From assembly GCA_964016885.1 (NCBI GenBank), contig OZ024758.1, forward strand, positions 33,108,001 to 33,172,000: a stretch of 64,000 bases of DNA, given 5' to 3'. Shown one piece after another: positions 52,561-64,000 of the stretch. The notes under the pieces were generated by a model. It saw nothing but the letters and a program-made list of their open reading frames with translations. It made no database searches and had not been told where the DNA came from. The stretch is from Eledone cirrhosa. Lineage: Eukaryota. Each line of letters begins with the position of its first letter. The first letter of the stretch is position 1. Position numbers and translations under genes: made by a program.

Positions 52561-52961
52561 AGACACACTAATGACTGCCAAATTTCCAACTTAATATTGG
52601 CTACCTCAGCCTACAAAACCTATCATCATCATAATTTTACATTCACTTTTCATGCAAGCATGGGTTGGACTGGTTGTTGGCATCCAAATATATGAATATT
52701 TATATAAGCGATGGTGATATAGCGTACAGACGCTAACTGGATGTGTAGACATTTAAACATTTTAAAGAAGCGGATCATAAAATAAGCAATCATTATATAT
52801 AAGAATATCTATGTTTAATCAACAGTTACGGAATTTAGTAGATAAATTACTTAATATTCATTCATGATTTATTCAAAGTAATCCAACTTACTTTAATAAC
52901 GTGTTTAGAAGAAATACCCCAGACACAGTCTCGCAGTCCTCCAATCATTATATATGAGATA

Positions 52962-53360
52962 GGGCGGTGAATTGGCAGTATCAATAGAGGGTCGGACGCC
53001 ATGCTTTCCAGCATAGTTACATCTCTTTACGGTCTGAGTTCAAATCCCGCTGAGGTTAACTTTGCCTTTCATCCTTACGGGGTCGATAAAATAAAGTACC
53101 AGTAATGTACTAGGTAATTGCTGGCCTTGTGCCAAAAGTAGAAACAATTATATATGAGATACAGAATGGAAAGGGCCGTAACTCTGTGTGTCAAAGCGAG
53201 GGTCGGACGCCATGCTTTGACACAAAGAGTTACGGCCCTTCCCATTCTGAGTTCAAATCCTGCTGAGGTTAACTTTGCCTTTCATCCTTACGGGGTTGAT
53301 AAAATAAAGTACCAGTAATACACTGGGATATTTGCTGGCCTTGTGCCTAACGTAGAAACA
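52962..53360 (+). mobile_element. Two tandem SINE A copies
   Basis: Full head GGCGGTGAATTGGCAGTATC and B box GAGTTCAAATCC. ATTATATATGAGATA occurs at 52947 and 53147, with a variant at 53361. Confidence 0.9.
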
Positions 53361-54349
53361 ATTATATATAAGATACATATATATCATTACCATCATCATT
53401 TAACATCTGCTTTCCCTGCTAGCAAGGGTTGGACAGGTCTACATAGACCAAGTCAGTACTGAAGCGAAGCTACTGACCTCCCAGACAGGCCAAGGGTCTA
53501 TATCTCACTTATGTACAGTCATATCGAGGGCAGAGAAGTTGTGTCTTTTGACACAAACTGAATGGTCCTCTCATTTAATATTGATAACTGTGAGAATATG
53601 TACTCTATATCATAGTAAGAGTGGGAAGGAGAGATATTGGAGTAGCAGTGAGCAAGGTCATGCTTACTAATAAATCATTTTGAAAAGTTCCTATGATTAT
53701 TAACTATTCATTTTGAAGAATTAATTCATCAATGAAATATTCTAGTTGTATCCATTGATAGTTCTAATAACAATTTAGATAGTTTATCCCTTTTGTATTT
53801 AAACCAGCCATATCCGGTCAGAATTCTCTCACCTCTTTCTGTTCAAAGCTGCTGTAACTGACCACTTATATTGATGTTAAGGTATTATTCTCATCATCAT
53901 CATTTTACGTCCGCTTTTCTATATGTGAAAATATTTACCGTAAAAATATAATAGTAAATATAAAGTAATTTAAATGCTAAAGGGTTAACAAGGAAATTTC
54001 CAGAGCTTTTTATTGAAAAGGGCAGGTGAACTCCTCAAAATCAACGGCCATCCACCCCAACTACGGTTTAAATAACCTCACCAACCTGAAATTGACCAAG
54101 TGATGGTGAGTACAGCTATATACCTGACATAACCAAAACAAAACAGAAAGCAGTGGAGGTCAACCAAGGAAGGGTTCCTTGAACAGAAGTGAGAAGGCCC
54201 TGGATTGGATTGGATTGGATTATTCAGAATTGGATTGTGAAAATAAGAAAGTTAAAACAGAGAAGCTAACTTTAAAATAAAAATAGTAAATGGAAAATCT
54301 GAAGAAAGTAGAGATAGTTGTTTGCATCTGTAAAATAGAGTAAATATAT

Positions 54350-54590
54350 TAATGATTTACTTGGACCCTGTTCAGCTGAACTCCTCTGTAAGATCTGAAC
54401 GTCAGCGGTCCATCTGAGGAAGAAGTCCCATGAGATGGAGTGGCAGTTGCAGCAGATGTTGCTGGCTATTGTCCACAGGAACGCTTTTGCTGCCTTGTCT
54501 GCGGGGTGCAACCCCTTTACTGCCATGCTCTAGGCTCAAAGCCCAACAATCCTCCCCATTCTTCTGTGACACTAGAGGCCATGTCATTCC
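54350..54590 (-). mobile_element. Possible 3' fragment of an RLE-type non-LTR element
   Basis: GC-rich island. Minus-strand CWALSLEHGSKG followed by A..AS.W-like sequence resembles RLE C-termini. Confidence 0.35.
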
Positions 54591-55945
54591 CTCTCTTTTC
54601 CGTTCGTTTTTTTTTTTGTTCCTTTATATTTTCCTCTTTTACATTCCATTCTTTCTTCTCAATCTAAATTTTCTTCTTTTCTTTTTTCTATTAAACTGTA
54701 TTTACATGATATATTCCATAATTATTTCATCGTTTGTAAAATACAGTAAATATAATAATTAGTAAAATACAATGTATGCTATGAGAAGTGGCGTGGAGCT
54801 TCACACAAACTTAGAAATGTTATGTCATCTATCTTTATACATCTTCAATCTCTGAGTTCATGTTTAGCTAAAAATTATATTTTTCAATTAATCCTACTAT
54901 AATCTTTTAATGTAAAAGATTATAAACCTGTTGAATTATACCATTATCTATGTATAGATATGTGTGTGTGTGTCCTCATAGTCAGCCTATGAACTTTTCA
55001 GCCTACCCTTGTATCTAAAATACATTTTGAAAAACAAATATTTTGATATGGGAAATAAATTACAATGTATAATAGCAAATTAGAAATATTCTTGCTTCTT
55101 CAAAATATTTCGTTTTCAATTAAATACATCCTCTTTTATCCTTTTCAAGTCATTGAACTGTAGCCATCCTGGGGTCCCACATTCAAGGGCTTAGTCAATG
55201 ATAACCTCCAGTACCTATTTTTTTTTTTTTAAACCTGCTACATATTTCATCAATCCCCATTTTGCTAAACTGGTTAGTCACAGGGCATAAACAAACAGCA
55301 GTGGTTGTTAAGCAGTGTAAACATAAACACACACACACACACACACACACAAAACGGGCTTCCACATAGTTTCTGTTTACCAAATTTCACTCATAAGGCA
55401 TTGGCTTATCTGAGGCTATTGTAGAAGACATTTGTTCACAGTGCCACACACTGAGCTGAAACCCGAACCATGTGATTGCAAAGTGATCTTAACACACAGA
55501 ACTACGTCCTTATATTTCATTTAATTTAAAACAGTTAAAATTTGGAGGAATTATTAACATAGCTTTTTCATTATTGATATGCTGTTTAGAACTTACCATA
55601 TATACCCAAATATAAGCCGAGGAATATGTGACCAAAAAATTGATGGTAGAGGAGAGTTGGATTATATTTGGGGTTAATATTTTGATGATTTTCAACAACT
55701 TCACATTCTACATAAATAAGGTTGGGATTTTTACCAATTTCTCTGACATAGAATAGTGGTTTCTACTTTAGGCACAAGGCCAGTAATTTGGGGGGGGGGG
55801 GGAGTCAATTGAATTGACCCCAGTGGGGTTGGATTATATTCACATCTTATATTCAAGTATATACGGTAGATATTTTTTTTAACACAAAATGATGATGGAG
55901 AGTTTTAATATAAATATAAAAACTTTAAAACAGTTTTATATCATA

Positions 55946-56880
55946 CTAGCAGTGATACCCGGCGTTGCACGGGATAAGGTATTTTGGAACACGACACGGG
56001 CTGCCAACAGACCTAATCGTGGAAAAACTGCATGTGTGGACAATATATATGTAAAGAAAATAAGCCGAATACTCTGATGGCTGGATAATCTTTAAGATTT
56101 TCCTCGAAGCAGGAAAAATGCAGGTTTTCACCTAATAGGGGATCAATAGAATGAATTTTTTTATGTGCATAATATGCCTTGAAATTTCAGGAAAATCGGC
56201 TAGACGTAACGCCTCAAACAAACCCTAAAAAGCTGAAAAAAATGAAGTTTTTCACCTAATGCGGGCCGTAGACCATAAAAAAAGTTGGATTTTCTTTGCT
56301 CACGGTATGAAAAAGAGACTGACTAATACATAGTTACAATTTCAAGGAAATCAGTCTGACGTAACGACTCAAAAAACCCCTAAAAGCCTGAAAAAACGCA
56401 GTTTTTCAACTAATGCGGGCCCTAAAGAATCAAAAAGTTGAATTTTTTTATGTGCATAACACTCCCTGAACCATAAGTAATACACATGTAAAGTTTGAAA
56501 AAAGTCGGTTTGGTACTTCTCGAGTTTTAGGGATTCAAACTCAGATACACACACACACACACACACACATATAGACATCCTCAGAGAAGTGACGCAATGC
56601 AGACAGTTAGACATACAGACAGATATTATAAGGGCGCGACGTTATATGTATGTATCTATCTAGAAAGAGAAAGACTAAGAATTATAGAGAGAGATCGCTA
56701 AATCGCATAATGCGGTCCCTAGGGCATTGAAAATTTGAATTTTTGGGGGCTCAGAACACTCCCTGAAACATAAGTAGTACATGTGTAAAGTTTGAAAACA
56801 GTCGGTTGGGTGGTTCTCGAGTTTTAGGGATTCAAACTTACACACACACAGACAGACATCCTCAGTTTTATATATATAGG
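55946..56880 (-). mobile_element. Non-autonomous Helitron with internal tandem duplications
   Basis: Minus-strand 3' end CCCGTGCAACGCCGGG hairpin followed by CTAG|T. The 5' end reads (C)CTATATATATAAAACTGAGGATGTCTGTCTG(TG)n. Repeated ~150-170-bp internal blocks. Confidence 0.8.
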
Positions 56881-57589
56881 AAACTAGGAGCAGTATAAAG
56901 AAGGTTAAGTTATATCATTAAAATAGAGATTACTAACATCATTATGTTTCTTTTGAATTGCTATTACTATGCAATATTGATATCCAGTGAACTGTTGTTA
57001 CTATTATTGATCTTACTATTATCTTGAACATTGTTAGAAGATGTGGTATTAATAACTTTCTTCTGTACTATAAAGACAGAATGTTCACTAAATGCTACAG
57101 TAAGCAGACATATAAAAGGGGATAATGATTATTTTATGCACAGATTGCTTACATATCGGTTAGAATACCTTAATTTAAGTTTGATGGAACTAATTTTAGC
57201 TGTGAACAATGGAAGAACGAATTTGTTTACAACATTAGAATCTCCTCCTCCTATGGTGTGGGGATACAGCAGAGAAACAGCTGAGCAGTTCTTTTATATC
57301 ATATATATCTGCAATGACTGAAACATTACACACTGTACTTGCCAATCATCATTATAATAATAATTTTGTGTCTGCTTTTCCTTCTGGTATGGGTTGGATG
57401 CCCCCCCCCCCCCATGGTCCAGAACCATACAGGTCGGTAAATTACATCTTGTTCATATATATTGAGAAAGTGTTTCTATGTCTGGGTGTCCTTCCTTAAC
57501 ACCAACCATTTTGCAGAGTGTATTTTATTGTGGCACAAACACTACCACTTTACATAGCATACTGGGTGCTATCATGGCACTAGTATTAC

Positions 57590-60500
57590 CACATTACACA
57601 GTGTACTGAGTATCTTCTATTGTGACAGGAGCAGTACAACTTCACACAGTGTACTGAGTATCTTCTATTGTGACAGGAACACTACAACTTCACACAGTGT
57701 ACTGAGTATCTTCTATTGTGATAGGAGCACTACAACTTTACAGTGTACTGAGTATCTTCTATTGTGACAGGAGCAGTACAACTTCACACAGTGTACTGAG
57801 TATCTTCTATTGTGACAGGAACACTACAACTTCACACAGTGTACTGAGTATCTTCTATTGTGACAGGAGCACTACAACTTTACACAGTGTACTGAGTATC
57901 TTCTATTGTGACAGGAGCACTACAACGTTACACAGTATACTGAGTATCTTCTATTGTGACAGGAGCACTACAACTTTACAGTGTACTGAGTATCTTCTAT
58001 TGTGACAGGAGCACTACAACTTTACAGTGTACTGAGTATCTTCTATTGTGACAGGAGCAGTACAACTTTACACAGTGTACTGGGTATCTTCTATTGTGAT
58101 AGGAGCACTACAACTTTACAGTGTACTGAGTATCTTCTATTGTGACAGGAGCAGTACAACTTTACAGTGTACTGAGTATCTTCTATTGTGACAGGAGCAC
58201 TACAACTTTACAGTGTATTGAGTATCTTCTATTGTGACGGGAGCACTACAACTTTACACAGTGTACTGAGTATCTTCTATTGTGACAGGAGCACTACAAC
58301 TTTACAGTGTACTGAGTATCTTCTATTGTGACAGGAGCAATACAACTTTACACAGTGTACTGGGTATCTTCTATTGTGACAGGAGCACTACAACTTTACA
58401 CAGTGTACTGGGTATCTTCTATTGTGACAGGAACACTACAACTTTACACAGTGTACTGAGTATCTTCTATTGTGACAGGAGCAATACAACTTTACACAGT
58501 GTACTGGGTATCTTCTATTGTGACAGGAGCACTACAACTTTACACAGTGTACTGGGTATCTTCTATTGTGACAGGAGCACTACAACTTTACACAGTGTAC
58601 TGAGTATCTTCTATTGTGACAGGAGCACTACAACTTTACACAGTATACTGGGTATCTTCTATTGTGACAGGAGCACTACAACTTTACACAGTGTACTGGG
58701 TATCTTCTATTGTGACAGGAGCACTACAACTTTACACAGTGTACTGGGTATCTTCTATTGTGACAGGAGCACTACAACTTTACACAGTGTACTGAGTATC
58801 TTCTATTGTGACAGGAGCACTACAACTTTACACAGTGTACTGGGTATCTTCTATTGTGACAGGAGCACTACAACTTTACACAGTATACTGGGTATCTTCT
58901 ATTGTGACAGGAGCACTACAACTTTACACAGTGTACTGGGTATCTTCTATTGTGACAGGAGCAGTACAACTTTACACAGTGTACTGGGTATCTTCTATTG
59001 TGACAGGAGCACTACAACTTTACACAGTGTACTGAGTATCTTCTATTGTGACAGGAGCAGTACAACTTTACTCAGTGTACTGGGTATCTTCTATTGTGAC
59101 AGGAGCACTACAACTTTACACAGTGTACTGGGTATCTTCTATTGTGACAGGAGCACTACAACTTTACACAGTATACTGGGTATCTTCTATTGTGACAGGA
59201 GCACTACAACTTTACACAGTGTACTGGGTATCTTCTATTGTGACAGGAGCACTACAACTTTACACAGCGTACTGAGTATCTTCTATTGTGACAGGAGCAC
59301 TACAACTTTACACAGTGTACTGGGTATCTTCTATTGTGACAGGAGCAATACAACTTTACACAGTATACTGAGTATCTTCTATTGTGACAGGAGCACTACA
59401 ACTTTACAGTGTACTGGGTATCTTCTATTGTGACAGGAGCACTACAACTTTACAGTGTACTGAGTATCTTCTATTGTGACAGGAGCAGTACAACTTTACA
59501 CAGTATACTGGGTATCTTCTATTGTGACAGGAGCAGTACAACTTTACACAGTGTACTGGGTATCTTCTATCGTGACAGGAGCACTACAACTTTACACAGT
59601 ATACTGGGTATCTTCTATTGTGACAGGAGCAGTACAACTTTACACAGTATACTGGGTATCTTCTATTGTGACAGGAGCACTACAACTTTACACAGTATAC
59701 TGAGTATCTTCTATTGTGACAGGAGCACTACAACTTTACACAGTATACTGGGTATCTTCTATTGTGACAGGAGCACTACAACTTTACACAGTGTACTGGG
59801 TATCTTCTATTGTGACAGGAGCACTACAACTTTACACAGTGTACTGAGTATCTTCGATTGTGACAGGAGCACTACAACTTTACACAGTATACTGGGTATC
59901 TTCTATTGTGACGGGAGCACTACAACTTTACACAGTGTACTGAGTATCTTCTATTGTGACAGGAGCACTACAACTTTACACAGTATACTGGGTATCTTCT
60001 ATTGTGACAGGAGCAGTACAACTTTACAGTGTACTGAGTATCTTCTATTGTGACAGGAGCACTACAACTTTACACAGTGTACTGAGTATCTTCTATTGTG
60101 ACAGGAGCACTACAACTTTACACAGTATACTGGGTATCTTCTATTGTGACAGGAACACTACAACTTTACACAGTGTACTGGGTATCTTCTATTGTGACAG
60201 GAGCACTACAACTTTACACAGTATACTGGGTATCTTCTATTGTGACAGGAGCACTACAACTTTACACAGTGTACTGGGTATCTTCTATTGTGACAGGAAC
60301 ACTACAACTTTACACAGTGTACTGGGTATCTTCTATTGTGACAGGAACACTACAACTTTACACAGTATACTGAGTATCTTCTGTTGTGACAGGAACACTA
60401 CAACTTTACACAGTATACTGGGTATCTTCTATTGTGACAGGAGCACTACAACTTTACACAGTGTACTGGGTATCTTCTATTGTGACAGGAGCACTACAAC

Positions 60501-63500
60501 TTTACACAGTATACTGGGTATCTTCTATTGTGACAGGAGCACTACAACTTTACACAGTGTACTGGGTATCTTCTATTGTTACAGGAACACTACAACTTTA
60601 CACAGTGTACTGGGTATCTTCTATTGTGACAGGAACACTACAACTTTACACAGTATACTGAGTTTCTTCTGTTGTGACAGGAACACTACAACTTTACACA
60701 GTGTACTGGGTATCTTCTATTGTGACAGGAACACTACAACTTTACAGTATACTGGGTATCTTCTATTGTGACAGGAGCACTACAACTTTACAGTGTACTG
60801 AGTATCTTCTATTGTGACAGGAGCACTACAACTTTACACAGTATACTGGGTATCTTCTATTGTGACAGGAGCACTACAACTTTACACAGTATACTGGGTA
60901 TCTTCTATTGTGACAGGAGCACTACAACTTTACACAGTGTACTGAGTATCTTCTATCGTGACAGGAGCAGTACAACTTTACACAGTGTACTGAGTATCTT
61001 CTATTGTGACAGGAGCACTACAACTTTACACAGTATACTGGGTATCTTCTATTGTGACAGGAGCACTACAACTTTACACAGTGTACTGGGTATCTTCTAT
61101 TGTGACAGGAGCACTACAACTTTACACAGTGTACTGAGTATCTTCGATTGTGACAGGAGCACTACAACTTTACACATTATACTGGGTATCTTCTATTGTG
61201 ACGGGAGCACTACAACTTTACACAGTGTACTGAGTATCTTCTATTGTGACAGGAGCACTACAACTTTACACAGTATACTGGGTATCTTCTATTGTGACAG
61301 GAGCAGTACAACTTTACAGTGTACTGAGTATCTTCTATTGTGACAGGAGCACTACAACTTTACACAGTGTACTGAGTATCTTCTATTGTGACAGGAGCAC
61401 TACAACTTTACACAGTGTACTGGGTATCTTCTATTGTTACAGGAACACTACAACTTTACACAGTGTACTGGGTATCTTCTATTGTGACAGGAACACTACA
61501 ACTTTACACAGTATACTGAGTTTCTTCTGTTGTGACAGGAACACTACAACTTTACACAGTGTACTGGGTATCTTCTATTGTGACAGGAACACTACAACTT
61601 TACAGTATACTGGGTATCTTCTATTGTGACAGGAGCACTACAACTTTACAGTGTACTGAGTATCTTCTATTGTGACAGGAGCACTACAACTTTACACAGT
61701 ATACTGGGTATCTTCTATTGTGACAGGAGCACTACAACTTTACACAGTATACTGGGTATCTTCTATTGTGACAGGAGCACTACAACTTTACACAGTGTAC
61801 TGAGTATCTTCTATCGTGACAGGAGCAGTACAACTTTACACAGTGTACTGAGTATCTTCTATTGTGACAGGAGCACTACAACTTTACACAGTATACTGGG
61901 TATCTTCTATTGTGACAGGAGCACTACAACTTTACACAGTGTACTGGGTATCTTCTATTGTGACAGGAGCACTACAACTTTACACAGTGTACTGAGTATC
62001 TTCGATTGTGACAGGAGCACTACAACTTTACACATTATACTGGGTATCTTCTATTGTGACGGGAGCACTACAACTTTACACAGTGTACTGAGTATCTTCT
62101 ATTGTGACAGGAGCACTACAACTTTACACAGTATACTGGGTATCTTCTATTGTGACAGGAGCAGTACAACTTTACAGTGTACTGAGTATCTTCTATTGTG
62201 ACAGGAGCACTACAACTTTACACAGTGTACTGAGTATCTTCTATTGTGACAGGAGCACTACAACTTTACACAGTATACTGGGTATCTTCTATTGTGACAG
62301 GAACACTACAACTTTACACAGTGTACTGGGTATCTTCTATTGTGACAGGAGCACTACAACTTTACACAGTATACTGGGTATCTTCTATTGTGACAGGAGC
62401 ACTACAACTTTACAGTGTACTGGGTATCTTCTATTGTGACAGGAACACTACAACTTTACACAGTGTATTGGGTATCTTCTATTGTGACAGGAACACTACA
62501 ACTTTACACAGTATACTGAGTATCTTCTGTTGTGACAGGAACACTACAACTTTACACAGTATACTGGGTATCTTCTATTGTGACAGGAGCACTACAACTT
62601 TACACAGTGTACTGGGTATCTTCTATTGTGACAGGAGCACTACAACTTTACACAGTATACTGGGTATCTTCTATTGTGACAGGAGCACTACAACTTTACA
62701 CAGTGTACTGGGTATCTTCTATTGTTACAGGAACACTACAACTTTACACAGTGTACTGGGTATCTTCTATTGTGACAGGAACACTACAACTTTACACAGT
62801 ATACTGAGTTTCTTCTGTTGTGACAGGAACACTACAACTTTACACAGTGTACTGGGTATCTTCTATTGTGACAGGAACACTACAACTTTACACAGTGTAC
62901 TGAGTATCTTCTGTTGTGACAGGAGCACTACAACTTTACAGTATACTGGGTATCTTCTATTGTGACAGGAGCACTACAACTTTACAGTGTACTGAGTATC
63001 TTCTATTGTGACAGGAGCACTACAACTTTACACAGTATACTGGGTATCTTCTATTGTGACAGGAGCACTACAACTTTACACAGTATACTGGGTATCTTCT
63101 ATTGTGACAGGAGCACTACAACTTTACACAGTGTACTGAGTATCTTCTATCGTGACAGGAGCAGTACAACTTTACACAGTGTACTGAGTATCTTCTATTG
63201 TGACAGGAGCACTACAACTTTACAGTATACTGAGTATCTTCTATTGTGACAGGAGCACTACAACTTTACACAGTATACTGGGTATCTTCTATTGTGACAG
63301 GAGCAGTACAACTTTACACAGTGTACTGGGTATCTTCTATTGTGACAGGAACACTACAACTTTACACAGTGTACTGGGTATCTTCTATTGTGACAGGAGC
63401 ACTACAACTTTACACAGTATACTGGGTATCTTCTATTGTGACAGGAGCACTACAACTTTACAGTGTACTGAGTATCTTCTGTTGTGACAGGAACACTACA

Positions 63501-64000
63501 ACTTTACACAGTATACTGAGTATCTTCTATTGTGACAGGAGCAGTACAACTTTACAGTGTACTGAGTATCTTCTATTGTGACAGGAGCACTACAACTTTA
63601 CAGTATACTGAGTATCTTCTATTGTGACAGGAGCACTACAACTTTACAGTGTACTGAGTATCTTCTATTGTGACAGGAGCAGTACAACTTTACACAGTAT
63701 ACTGAGTATCTTCTATTGTGACAGGAGCAGTACAACTTTACACAGTATACTGGGTATCTTCTATTGTGACAGGAGCACTACAACTTTACAGTGTACTGAG
63801 TATCTTCTATTGTGACAGGAGCAGTACAACTTTACACAGTATACTGGGTATCTTCTATTGTGACAGGAGCAATACAACTTTACACAGTGTACTGAGTATC
63901 TTCTGTTGTGACAGGAACTCTACAACTTTACACAGTATACTGAGTATCTTCTATTGTGACAGGAGCAGTACAACTTTACAGTGTACTGAGTATCTTCTAT
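57590..64000 (+). repeat. 48-bp satellite (46-bp variants), >130 copies, running off the window end
   Basis: Unit TTTACACAGTGTACTG(A/G)GTATCTTCTATTGTGACAGGAGCACTACAAC. It explains the 16-aa periodic ORFs. Confidence 0.98.

Noticed and set aside
57718-63815. Periodic ORFs and CRISPR-like appearance
   Set aside because: Contiguous 48-bp monomers with no unique spacers and no cas genes, in eukaryotic repeat context.

Overview
This is AT-rich, repeat-saturated animal DNA with no intact protein-coding gene. The SINE and LINE repertoire suggests an octopod cephalopod, but that is an inference. Nearly all long ORFs in the track are artefacts of tandem repeats. The window holds decayed non-LTR retrotransposons: several RTE copies (one family with a PHD-like C4HC3 finger after the RT domain), a CR1-like copy and a CRE-like copy with an inverted 5' piece. 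It also holds two tRNA-derived SINE families, TTAA-flanked piggyBac-type MITEs, hAT-like MITEs, a non-autonomous Helitron, a 3'-truncated U2 snRNA retrocopy and one candidate host exon. Three large tandem arrays are present: 72 bp, GTAC(AT)n and 48 bp with an 858-bp higher-order duplication. The most striking unexplained signal is a dense set of about 15 type I hammerhead-ribozyme motifs (intact to degenerate) from about 7-8 sequence families. They sit mostly next to (TA)n/(AAT)n microsatellites and mostly in inverted or fold-back arrangements. One family is a ~440-bp tandem, retrozyme-like unit with an intact minimal hammerhead. All folds and coordinates were read by eye and need computational confirmation.
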